From positions 32,001 through 96,000 of the IMG/VR virus record IMGVR_UViG_3300031521_000012: a DNA stretch of 64,000 bases, one strand, 5' to 3'. Positions within the stretch are counted from its first letter, which is position 1; each line of letters opens with the position of its first letter. Shown here piece by piece: positions 52,615 to 63,078 of the stretch. The translations under genes and the position numbers were made by a program. Source of the stretch: a virus. The notes under the pieces are model-generated. The model worked only from the letters and a program-made list of their open reading frames with translations. It did no database searches and was not told the DNA's origin.

Positions 52615-54162
52615 ATGAAAAAAGCTAATAAGCTTACTGAAGAAGAACGTATTCAAGCAAACCTAAATAGCTCAATTAGAAAAATTGAAACTAATTCAAG
52701 ATTAAAAACCTTAACGATAAATAAGATAATAAACGATGATTTAAATCAATTACAAAATAAATTATTAAAACAAGTAACATATAATACAATGAAAAACGAA
52801 AAATTAGAATTATTATTAAACAAGGTGGTTGCCTTTGATCAACCAAACGTTGCCTACTATAAAGGCTTTCTTTATAAAGACAACAGAGGTTACTATATCA
52901 AAGTGGTTGAATCAACTTTGGGTTCATTCTTTTTGAATGATAAAATCTTCCTGAAAGACGGTGATGAACAGTTTATTACACAAGCCGATAAGCCTAAACT
53001 TATGCGTGTTAGCTTAAAATCATGGCATTATCGTCTGATTAAGTATGTGCTAGGTTCAAAAGCACCAACGCCTAAGACAATGCAAAACGGTTGTCCTTAT
53101 TTTTGGCTACTGATTTTCTCAGTACTTGTATCGCCATTCGTATTGCTTGGCAGTGGTTTGTGGTTTGTGATTGGTTTTATTCCACGATTACTATTTTTAG
53201 GCTTAGAGAATTGGGCTAATACTTGGGTTATTGGAATTAGTGATGAACAAGCCTTTGATCTTTACGATCAAGGTAGAAGTTCAAAATTCGGTATACCTGT
53301 AACAGCTAAATTGTTCATGAAAAGAAACGATGAAGATGTTATTGACTTATACATCAAGCAAAAATATAATATTGATTATAGAACCGATAGTAAAGCATGG
53401 TGTGTAAAACGTGATGAATTACGTGAAAAATGGGCTACATGGTATCAGGAAGAACGTAAAAAAATGGATGCTGCTGCTGCTTTACGTAGTACAATACTTA
53501 TGGAAGAAAGACGTAAGCGTATGGCTAGAGAAGCTAAGTGGGAAGCAAGAACTGCACCAATCAAAAAAAATATTAATAATATAATTGACACATTGTACTC
53601 AATCTTCGATTTTGATTGGAAATCAATTATTAAGAGAACCAAACAGGTTGTTGGCGCTGTCTTAACATTCCTTTTACTTGCATTTTCATTTGTAGTGGTA
53701 TGTGCACTTACATTAGGATTATCAATGTTCTTTGATTGGTCGGGTGAGAATTATATGATCTACGTATATTTACTTTCAGGATTGGTTGGCGCAGGAATTT
53801 GTTGGTTATTATCTGTGTTTGTTGGTGGTTGGTTACAAACTGTTGTTAATAAATATAGATCAGGCACTAAAGTATGGTATGTTGAACCTTTCATTTATTT
53901 ATTCTACTATCCGCTTAAATATGTTGCAATCTTCTTGGGATATGCAGTATTAGTTCCTATCAAATTCGTATTCTACAATGTACTATGGAAATTCATTTTA
54001 GTAAACTTAGGATTGTTCTTTTGGAAAGTAATTCGTTCTATTGGTCGTGGTCTTGCTAGCAGTACTGGTGTATTCGGTGAATATTTTTCGGCAAGCTATA
54101 CGGACTACTGTCCCGGGATCGAGTGGGCTGATACTGAACTCGAAGAACGTGAAGAACTTTAA
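52615..54162 (+). CDS. multi-pass membrane protein (start may be 52789)
   Basis: Several TM segments and a central charged helix; CPYFW and DYCPGIEW motifs. Confidence 0.7.
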   Translation: MKKANKLTEEERIQANLNSSIRKIETNSRLKTLTINKIINDDLNQLQNKLLKQVTYNTMKNEKLELLLNKVVAFDQPNVAYYKGFLYKDNRGYYIKVVESTLGSFFLNDKIFLKDGDEQFITQADKPKLMRVSLKSWHYRLIKYVLGSKAPTPKTMQNGCPYFWLLIFSVLVSPFVLLGSGLWFVIGFIPRLLFLGLENWANTWVIGISDEQAFDLYDQGRSSKFGIPVTAKLFMKRNDEDVIDLYIKQKYNIDYRTDSKAWCVKRDELREKWATWYQEERKKMDAAAALRSTILMEERRKRMAREAKWEARTAPIKKNINNIIDTLYSIFDFDWKSIIKRTKQVVGAVLTFLLLAFSFVVVCALTLGLSMFFDWSGENYMIYVYLLSGLVGAGICWLLSVFVGGWLQTVVNKYRSGTKVWYVEPFIYLFYYPLKYVAIFLGYAVLVPIKFVFYNVLWKFILVNLGLFFWKVIRSIGRGLASSTGVFGEYFSASYTDYCPGIEWADTELEEREEL

Positions 54163-54203
54163 AATAATACACTCATAATTATAAACAAAAAATAACTTAT
54201 ATC

Positions 54204-56305
54204 ATGTATACATTCATAACAATATTTGCACTCACAATAATAATCTGTTCGTGTTTTTACAAGAAGAATATGTGGGAAAATAGGTACTTAGTACTGCTAA
54301 TAGGTGCAAGTCTTTCATTAGTATCAATGATTTCAGTAAATTATGTAGCACGTAGTAAGGCTGATATTAAAATCGTTGTTAATTCCGAAAAGAAATTAAG
54401 TTCTTTTTATATGATCAATACTGATCTTAAGTACGCTAAGGATAGTAATAATGTATTGAAACGGCTTGTTAAAAACAACTATTCATTCTATAATAATCAT
54501 GACGCATCTGAATTTATTAAAAGCAAGAAATATCCACATTCCCAAACCAAAATTAGCTTCATTTTATATGAAAACGGTGGAACTAGATATGTAGGTGTTT
54601 TCGTTGATAAGAGAAATGGTGATCAAATAGACTTTTATCACCTGAACAATATATACTTTCAGCCAAGCAAAGATAGTAATGCCTATGTACAAGAAGAAAT
54701 AGCTGAATACAATGTACAGAGTAAATGGGTTGTTAAAGGTACTATACCATCAGCTAAATCAGCTACAATCATATACGTTCCTAAATGGGAATATGCAATG
54801 ATACCTAATTCATTACTTCGTAAATTACCTGTAGAATGGAAAAGAAGCTAATTGAAGTCTGCGATGCTATATTTGTTGATGTAACATGCATGGAAAATGA
54901 TATGACTGATATCAAGTGTGGCGGTCCTGCCACACTTGGTTACGAGTTCAACATTAGTCCTGACGAAGATATAAATGATTTTAAAGCTTTCTTGACCAAG
55001 TGCATTAAAAAACATAAAATGCCGTTAATGGGCATTACAACCAATATTCGAAAAAATATTCCAGTAAGCGACCTTTGGACAAGAGAATTGATCGAAAGTT
55101 ATATTCAAAAAAATAAAATATATTAAATCATGAAAACAACATTATTAGAAATTCTTTGGAAAAAAGAATTGATTCATTGGAGAAGAATGAAACAGGTGTT
55201 TGGTAAATTTAATTGGTTTGGTAAATTAATTATTGCGCCTTTGGTAGTCATTCTTGTAACATTAACACATTATGCTTTTGCATTAATGCACACAATGTTT
55301 GAACTATGCCTATATGCTTTTGCAAGACAAGCATTTAAATATAACTTGCAGAAACTAGCTCTTAAAGTATAACTATAAAAAAACTAACTATGTTTAAAAG
55401 TATTGCATATGTAATGTCAGTAATGATTTACTATTTCATCGAATCTTTACTGGTGGGTCTCTTCGTCAGTGTAGCATATCATAAAATATTATTCAATAAA
55501 TTATTTATTGTCGATATCACATATTTTCAATGGGTGGTAATGATTTGGATTGTTAAGGTCTTATTGTTTGACCTGTTCAAAGTCAACGTAAATAAAGATA
55601 TTGTAATGGTAAACGAAACAAATACAGCTAATTTAAATAATCAATAACAAATGTCAAAATATAAAAAAGAAAATCCAAGGATTCCAGTTAGGTTCATTGA
55701 TGACAAAACTGAGGAAGTATTGTTCGAGTTAAAAGATAAAACATCAATAACTGTTGGTGAAATCTTTTCAAATTATATAGGTTCTAGCATTATTGAAGAC
55801 CACTTTAAAGGTAAAAAGCTACCTAGAAAAGTATTGGTAATTGCAATTGCAGAATTTACGCTAGAAGATTAATACTACGATAATGATAAAAGTTGTACCG
55901 TTTATAGAAACAATTTGCAGTGAAGAGTTTAAAACATTTCTCTACAAGCCGTTTGATATCAAAATGTTATATTCAAATGGTGATACAACTACATTGTTCA
56001 CTGGTTGGCGTGGGAAGAATATGGGGAACTGGCATAGGTTTATGAATGATGATGGTATTACACTAGAATTTTATGCTGGTGATTACAATGTTAGTAATTC
56101 TAAAACTACCAGAAACTATACGATACCATTACCGATTACACTAAATGATTTCATCAATGACATGCATAAATATGGGGTTCAGCTTTATTGGGGAGATTGG
56201 ATTGATGAAAATTTTGAACCTAAAGAATATTTACGTGTTGATGAAATACGTGGATATTTTATTGATTTGTTAAAAAAAATGGATAAATCTCATGAGCTAC
56301 AATAA
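54204..56305 (+). CDS. six hypothetical ORFs (54204-54851, 54836-55126, 55130-55372, 55390-55647, 55651-55872, 55883-56305), three with TM segments
   Basis: Abutting plus-strand ORFs. Confidence 0.6.
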
Positions 56306-56309
56306 AATC

Positions 56310-56339
56310 TTTGCTTTTGAGATTTATTCGTTAACTTTG
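56310..56339 (+). promoter_or_regulatory. Bacteroidota housekeeping-type promoter
   Basis: TTTG-N18-TAACTTTG upstream of the ATG at 56356. Confidence 0.5.
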
Positions 56340-56355
56340 TTAAAATTTAATTATA

Positions 56356-57084
56356 ATGAATACTAACGATATTAAACTATGGTCAAATATTTCGTTCAAG
56401 ACAAAATGCTATCGCAAAAATTTTGATTTAGTTACCGAAAATGAAAATATTATAACAGAATGCGCAGGTAGCATATCTGAATTAAAAATATCTGAAGGCA
56501 AAACGCCATTTATTATTGGGGAATATAGCTTTTCTGTTTGGAATATTGAATTAAGTAAAATGTTGAATATTGATATCAATAAAATCATTAGAAAATATTC
56601 AATCGAAAACACATATCTTGAGTTAGCATCTATTATTGAGGATGAATTAATTGATACATCCAAATACAAAAAGATTGTACTGGTTCATTCATTGATTTTA
56701 CGTCCTGAATTTAGAAAACATGGTATTACTGAAGAATTTATTGAATTCTTATATAGAGATTACTATAATGAGAATACCTTAATTCTAGCACTCGTTAAGC
56801 CATTTCAAGATAATCCAATTGATAATGACTATTATTCCAATCAAAAACTGGTTCGATCACCAATTAAAATTGGCGATGCAGAAGTACAAGAAACTATTCC
56901 AGCATCAGTATATTATTCACTAAAGGATTTATACGATAAAAACGACATAGAATTTAATGAGTATAAACTATTTGCAGTTGCAAGTAAATGTGGTTTTACT
57001 CGGATAGGCGAAACACATCTATTCGATTTTTTACCTGAAAACACAATTAAACGACTTAAAGAAAAGAACAATGTCCAAAAGTAA
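56356..57084 (+). CDS. possible GNAT-fold protein
   Basis: LVHSLILRPEFRKHGIT resembles acetyl-CoA-binding motif A; GFTRIG. Confidence 0.45.
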   Translation: MNTNDIKLWSNISFKTKCYRKNFDLVTENENIITECAGSISELKISEGKTPFIIGEYSFSVWNIELSKMLNIDINKIIRKYSIENTYLELASIIEDELIDTSKYKKIVLVHSLILRPEFRKHGITEEFIEFLYRDYYNENTLILALVKPFQDNPIDNDYYSNQKLVRSPIKIGDAEVQETIPASVYYSLKDLYDKNDIEFNEYKLFAVASKCGFTRIGETHLFDFLPENTIKRLKEKNNVQK

Positions 57085-57572
57085 AAAAGAATTAACAATA
57101 TTAGATTACCATGAAGCATTAGATAGAACATATCTAATGACGAGTATCGTTAATGATGCTCTAATGGAACATCAAGTAATTTTAAAACATGAAGAACTAC
57201 ATGAAAAAATTGAATCGGCTATTGCATTATTAGCAGAAGCATATCAGCTGATCGGTGGCTTAGAATTCTCATTATTTCCCAATGAATTTAAAGTTGCCGA
57301 TGAAAAATCAATTTCAAAACAGAAGCATTGATTATCAACGTAATGTAACTTACTGAATTTTTTACTATTTATAAACGTATGCAAATTATCCTCAACATAA
57401 CAATACACTCCAAACTTCTTCGACTTAGAATAGCGATATTTTAAGTGATAATACTATCCAATACCTAGAAAATCGAAGTTTTCTAGGCATTTTGGTCTTA
57501 AGTGACTCCTATTTGGAATACTACAATAAATTTAAAATGTTTATTCCATATCACATTATTTAAAACAAACAT

Positions 57573-58166
57573 ATGAGAAAACTACTAATTATAATATTTA
57601 TATTATTCATTAACTTTACTTCGGCTAGCAATTATCCTAAAGATAGTATTGCTATCGATACTAATCAAATGAATATTAAAGAAATAGTTGAGTCAGAATC
57701 TGGTGTAAAGATACCAAGATACGCAAACATTAAATACATTGAGTACATATATAATACTGCAAACGACCTCGAATTGCCAATAAGAATTGTATTTAGATTG
57801 ATATATACCGAATCTAAATTTAAAGGTAACACTGTTTCACATGAAGGTGCTAAGGGTTTTATGCAGCTAATGCCAAGAACATATTCAAAATATGGAAAAT
57901 TACTTGAAATAAACAACTTAAATATTGACAATAATTGTAAAAACATAATTGTTGGATTATATTACTTAAAATCGATGTATAATTACTGGAACAAAAGAAA
58001 CATAACCGAAAATAATAAATGGAAATTCACACTTGCATCATACAATGCAGGTATTAATAATGTAATAAAACATAAAGGCATTCCACCGTTTAAAGCAACC
58101 AGAAATTTCCTTGCATTCATATTAAAAGAACCATCAATTTACTTAGCATTAAAAAATGAAGACTAA
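57573..58166 (+). CDS. lytic transglycosylase (SLT domain) with N-terminal signal/anchor
   Basis: IYTESKF, SHEGAKGFMQLMP, NIIVGLYYL, LASYNAG, GIPPF. Confidence 0.9.
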   Translation: MRKLLIIIFILFINFTSASNYPKDSIAIDTNQMNIKEIVESESGVKIPRYANIKYIEYIYNTANDLELPIRIVFRLIYTESKFKGNTVSHEGAKGFMQLMPRTYSKYGKLLEINNLNIDNNCKNIIVGLYYLKSMYNYWNKRNITENNKWKFTLASYNAGINNVIKHKGIPPFKATRNFLAFILKEPSIYLALKNED

Positions 58167-58576
58167 ACTAAAAACAGCACACGAAGAAGCCTATAGCGAT
58201 AATAGCAAAACACTAGGCGTATTGATAAATTATTCTATTGATACAGAACAACCAGATTGGAAAGAAAGCTTCATCTATATTTTCAATAACGGCACATATA
58301 TTTTCTTTGATACGATAACCAACATGTTTAATTATCTCGTTGGTGAACGAAAAATCAAAAGAGCATATATGTCGGAAGATGATTTTGATTTATATTATGA
58401 TACTGATTTTATTGATGGACAATTTAATGGTTTGCTAGTTTGGACTGACAATTAATATGGCGTTGATTGATTATAATACGATTATAAGCCACTTTTACAT
58501 CTAAACGATACGAATGTACCTAAACATAAAATCTATCAGTAGAATAGCTTAAAATGAATTCCAGCGGTATATAACA

Positions 58577-58614
58577 GAAATGAGCCGAATAACAATTGTT
58601 ATTCGGCTCATTTC
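58577..58614. repeat. perfect 38-bp palindrome between convergent gene blocks
   Basis: GAAATGAGCCGAATAACAA|TTGTTATTCGGCTCATTTC, no spacer. Confidence 0.9.
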
Positions 58615-58639
58615 ATTAGTGAAAGAATGTATGTTATAG

Positions 58640-59485
58640 TTATATCTTTCTGAATATATTCATCATTTGAATCGAGAAATTCATTTGTGTTGCGGATTGC
58701 ATGCCAATGAAATCCAATGTATCCTCTCTATTAAGTTCAATATTTTTCCAATAATATTCAGACAGTTCGTTAAGCGGTAATAATTCATCAACCTTTTTAA
58801 GTTTCAAGAAATCTGCAATCAACATTAATGGTGCATCGTTATAGCCATTAAATTTCCAAATATTTGCAGTATCGATTAAACCAGATTCCCATGGTTTAAT
58901 GCTTAATGATTTTTTAATAATCAATGGCAATTCCTTAACAGTAATAAACTGCTCCACATCATCATCTTTATCCCTATAGACCATGAATCGTTTAATTAGT
59001 AATGGAATGTCATGCGTAGATATATTGAATCCACATAATGTATACAGACTCTCCTTTTTAGCTTCTTTTCTAGCTTCAGATATTAATATGAGATCAGTCA
59101 AAAATGTTTCAATAACGATTCTTTCATTATCATTCGTTATAATTTTCATATCTCTCTTCTGACCATTATCCATATGAAGTATAGCATAGGAAATAGATAA
59201 GATTCTAGTATATTCAGGGTAGTACACTGCATTTTTCAAATATATATCGTTTTGAACGACAAGTATAGATTCATCATTACTAGTAATGATATCTGGAATT
59301 GGCTTTACTTTATCAGTAACATCAAATTTAAATTTGGTTTTAGAAATATACGCCCAACGTTCAAACATTGGCTTATCATTAATAAATAAATCATATAATG
59401 ACTTATGAATTAAAACTGGTTTAACATTAATGAATAGCATATCATATATGCTTGCTTTGTTAAAGATTTCGTCAAATTGTGACAT
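58640..59485 (-). CDS. PolB-type 3'-5' exonuclease-fold protein, probably inactive
   Basis: PEYTRILSIS, LCGFNISTHDIPLLIKR, KPWE..LIDT..IWKF; ExoI reads FINVKP. Confidence 0.65.
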   Translation of the reverse strand: MSQFDEIFNKASIYDMLFINVKPVLIHKSLYDLFINDKPMFERWAYISKTKFKFDVTDKVKPIPDIITSNDESILVVQNDIYLKNAVYYPEYTRILSISYAILHMDNGQKRDMKIITNDNERIVIETFLTDLILISEARKEAKKESLYTLCGFNISTHDIPLLIKRFMVYRDKDDDVEQFITVKELPLIIKKSLSIKPWESGLIDTANIWKFNGYNDAPLMLIADFLKLKKVDELLPLNELSEYYWKNIELNREDTLDFIGMQSATQMNFSIQMMNIFRKI

Positions 59486-59511
59486 AGAATAACTGAATTA
59501 AAGGATTTATA

Positions 59512-61406
59512 CTATTGGTTGAATAAAAATTGAAAAATTTTCTTGCGTGAATTGATTACTTCAATTCGAGTTTCTTTATGTATTACAGCAATATCATAAA
59601 AATCATATGATTCGAGCAATGCTCTGGTATATTGTTCTGCTTTATCGTGCTTCAAAATATATTTAATATATTTTTTTATCTTTTTTTGCCTTGACTTACT
59701 TACTTGTTTCTTTTCTATTTCAGAAATAAATAAATCACCAAGCGTATCAATTTCACGTGCAGCAGTGGCTTTTTTACGTTCAGCATCATCTTTTAGATAT
59801 TTTTTGAACGTCTTATAATTATCATGATCATTATCATCACAATCAATTGATAATAGGTTTTTATCTTCAGCCATCGGTGGAAAAGTTATTCTGCTTTAGG
59901 CGGTTTTGCAGTATCCAGTTTATCTGTAGGTTGATAACCTTCTCTGAATGGTACTTCTGGCGTGACACTAACTACGTCAGTAGCTGATTCTTTAGGCTTC
60001 CTACCTCTTTTTTTACTGACTTTAGGAATATCATTATCGGCTAATTCAGCAAAAGAGTTTACTCTAAGTTCATCAAGCTCTTTATAGAATTTCTTAACTT
60101 GTTCTTCCATAACCCCTTTCATCTTATCCATTTCGTCCTTAAACTCACGTTCTCTTTCAGCAATTTTTTCATTTGTAAGGATAACCATTTCAACAAAGTC
60201 AACAAGATCATCAGCAATGACATTATCATCTTTAGGATATATTCTAATAACTTTACCAATTTCGTTTTCGCTTAAAATCTCACATCCTACTTCTTTATTT
60301 TCAGTAAACACCCATCCCGCAGGAATACCAATCTCCAGCTCATACCAACCCTTAGTAGTGTTTCGTGAAAGCTTTAGCATATATCCTGTTATGCTATCCA
60401 ATGCTTCTTCAATTGTATTCATTTAAAATAAATATGTAAAAAATAATGTTAATGATGCCCAAAGCATAAGCTTTTCGGCAGTCGAAATTTCAAACTTCGA
60501 TTCGTTGTTTAGAACAAATCTTCCATACATTTTCATCAATAGATTTGTTAAAACATATATGATGAAAATGATGGAAGATATGAACAAAAACTGATATATT
60601 TCAGCTATTATAGACATGACTTATTCAGCGTGAGTTTGTCCTTGTTGTGGTTGAGCTGCAACTGGTGCAGGAGTACCGTCAGCATTAACAGGTGCTTCAG
60701 TGAAATACTGCTCAATCAGTCCCATCTTAGCATTCAATAATGCTATTTGTTCCAAAAAGTAGGTCATTTCATTGATTTTGTTTTTATAATTCATGTTTAC
60801 ATCCTGTGCTAAGCGTACCAATTCGATTTCAGCGAAGTACTTGTCATTTTGGACTTTGTTTGTCAAGTCTAATTTTAAATTTGCCATTGTTTTGTTTAAT
60901 TTTAAATAATATTATTTTTATACTGTAAAAGTAGTCATTCTAAATACTAAATGCAAGAATTTTTATACTATTTCTAAAATATTTTTTTCTTCTTTTATTG
61001 ATGTGTTTTGTATCTTGTATATTTCAACTAAAATATTCAAAATGTTTTTATTTTTTTGCTTGTTATCGACCTCAAAAATACCTCTCCAAAATTTTTCGAA
61101 GTATGGTAATGATATATCCAAATTTGAATTCTCTTGTGCTCTGTAAAACTGATGATAATAATATGATCGATAGTATTCTCTCAATTCATTGTTATCTGTA
61201 AAATCAATTCCCTCAAGCTTAAACTCTTCACAAACTTTATTAAAGCACCATGAAAAATGGTTATTGATGTTAGTATCTGTGTATAAACTTTCATAATCAA
61301 TATAATATTCATATATGTAATAAAGTAAATTAATTGAAAAATCTCTATATAACTCCACTCTATCCTTAATAATATTATATTTTTTACTGTTGGTATTGTT
61401 TGCCAT
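59512..61406 (-). CDS. five hypothetical ORFs (59512-59874, 59886-60422, 60423-60617 two-TM, 60621-60887, 60963-61406)
   Basis: Co-oriented ORFs; host-type TTG-N20-TACTTTTA at 60926-60956. Confidence 0.6.
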
Positions 61407-61407
61407 A

Positions 61408-62085
61408 TTAAAATAAATTAAAATACTCCTTTTTCATTACATTTAAATCAATATTTCCATTATAGCCATCAACAGCACCCTTTTCAGTAAACTGCCAAAT
61501 CTTCCATTCTTTCCATCCATTGGGTATTAATGGTAGGCTTACTTCTGGATTGTTTGGATAGCCTGCAAGCCATAATGGATTTGCTCCAAATATCGGGCTA
61601 CTGTTAGTATCAGCAAAGCTTTTATATGAATAAAATATCGTTGATACGTTATGCTGCTTTAATCCATTAATGAATGTTGTAATAAACTTATTCATATGGT
61701 CTACCTTATTATCCCATACAACACTTGTTGAATATGCTTCAAGGTCTAGTACTAACGGTAAATCGGCTTTAGGTAGCACTGCTAAATGTGCAAGTACATT
61801 GAAAACCTCTTCGTTAGCATCGTTTTCTGGTATAGACACGTTACCCGGTCTGGCAAAATGATAATATCCTATTTTAACCCCATTTTTTTGAGCATCCAAT
61901 ACTCTATTTTTTAAATTATATTTGCTATCTTCATCAACTGTTGTTCCTTCAGTCATTTTAATAAAAGCAAATTCAATTCCAGCAGCCTTTGCTTTACTCC
62001 AATTAATATCGTTTTGATATTTAGAACAATCAAGACCTAATACAGCATTTAATTCTGCTAATCGTTTTTTTGATATGTTTGCCAT
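61408..62085 (-). CDS. GH25 muramidase (endolysin)
   Basis: GLDCSKYQ, FAFIKMTEG, GYYHF, LVLDLE, LWLAGY, WQFT, IDLN. Confidence 0.93.
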   Translation of the reverse strand: MANISKKRLAELNAVLGLDCSKYQNDINWSKAKAAGIEFAFIKMTEGTTVDEDSKYNLKNRVLDAQKNGVKIGYYHFARPGNVSIPENDANEEVFNVLAHLAVLPKADLPLVLDLEAYSTSVVWDNKVDHMNKFITTFINGLKQHNVSTIFYSYKSFADTNSSPIFGANPLWLAGYPNNPEVSLPLIPNGWKEWKIWQFTEKGAVDGYNGNIDLNVMKKEYFNLF

Positions 62086-62100
62086 AGTTATGTATTTAAC

Positions 62101-62109
62101 ATAAATACT
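62101..62109 (-). promoter_or_regulatory. putative late promoter AGTATTTAT in a hairpin ahead of the endolysin start
   Basis: GTATTTA-TGT-TAAATAC, 16 nt before the ATG. Confidence 0.6.
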
Positions 62110-62131
62110 ATAGCCATATATAATTTTTTAT

Positions 62132-62172
62132 AAAAAAAATGGAGCACCATTATGATGCTCCATTTTTTTTTT
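62132..62172 (-). terminator. intrinsic terminator (possibly bidirectional)
   Basis: A8-TGGAGCA...TGCTCCA-T-tract. Confidence 0.75.
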
Positions 62173-63073
62173 ACTTGCTTATTAAAAGAGAATTTAGTTT
62201 ATCTTCGATATTTTCATCGTACTTGACACGTATTAGAGCTATGTTGTTTTCCATACAATAGTCATTTTTTATTTTATCTCTGTTTTGTTGAATTTCAAAC
62301 ATCGCTTCGCCACCAAAATGTTTAATTGGTTCAAAATGCTGTATTCCGTCGTATTCAATATATACATTTAAATCAGGAAGATAAAAATCGAAAAACAGTT
62401 TTAAAATATTTTTACAATCATTTTCAGATTTTTGCGCTATATATTTAATATTGTTTTTAATGAAAAATCCTTCAATAAATTTTTCTCCCTTTGATTGCCT
62501 ACATTTAGGGCAACCTCGACCATATAAATGTCCGCTTGGTGTTTGTTCAAAAATTCCGTGCTCAGCACAAATTATTTTAACTTTCTTCTTTCCATGCTTA
62601 TAATCAACTATAGAATAATCATATCTATTGTTATGTATCACATTCGATCTATCAATAAAACTACCACATGTTCTTCTATGATTGTTTGCGTTTTCATCAT
62701 AAGCACAATCAGGACATTTACATCCTCTCAGATGATTTTGAGGTAACTGAGAAAACATGCCATGAATTGGGCAGATAATGTTTACGCTAGTTATCGAGTT
62801 AACATATTCAACCAAAGAATAATCATATTTATTAGAATGAATTTTGTTTCCCTTATCAATAAAGCTATTTTTATTATATGTTATACCGCCATTACATTTA
62901 GAACAACCCTTACCACATAAATGATCATTAGGTCTCTGCTCGAAAACACCATGTATATTACAAATAATTTTTATCTTACTGTAGCTATTTACATAATCAA
63001 CTAATGAATAGTCATATTTGGTTTTATGAATAACACTAGCTTTTTCGATAAATGCATTAGTCATATCAATCAT
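62171..63073 (-). CDS. putative homing endonuclease: three zinc-binding repeats plus Vsr/PD-(D/E)XK-like domain
   Basis: 3x YDYS..Y...ICxxHG.F.Q.P..HL.GxxCxxC; SKGE, FDFYLP...IEYDGIQHF, DKIK...LIRV. Confidence 0.8.
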   Translation of the reverse strand: MIDMTNAFIEKASVIHKTKYDYSLVDYVNSYSKIKIICNIHGVFEQRPNDHLCGKGCSKCNGGITYNKNSFIDKGNKIHSNKYDYSLVEYVNSITSVNIICPIHGMFSQLPQNHLRGCKCPDCAYDENANNHRRTCGSFIDRSNVIHNNRYDYSIVDYKHGKKKVKIICAEHGIFEQTPSGHLYGRGCPKCRQSKGEKFIEGFFIKNNIKYIAQKSENDCKNILKLFFDFYLPDLNVYIEYDGIQHFEPIKHFGGEAMFEIQQNRDKIKNDYCMENNIALIRVKYDENIEDKLNSLLISK

Positions 63074-63078
63074 ATTAA

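Noticed and set aside
60423-60617. Holin
   Set aside because: Two TM segments near the endolysin, but no specific motif and not adjacent; unsupported
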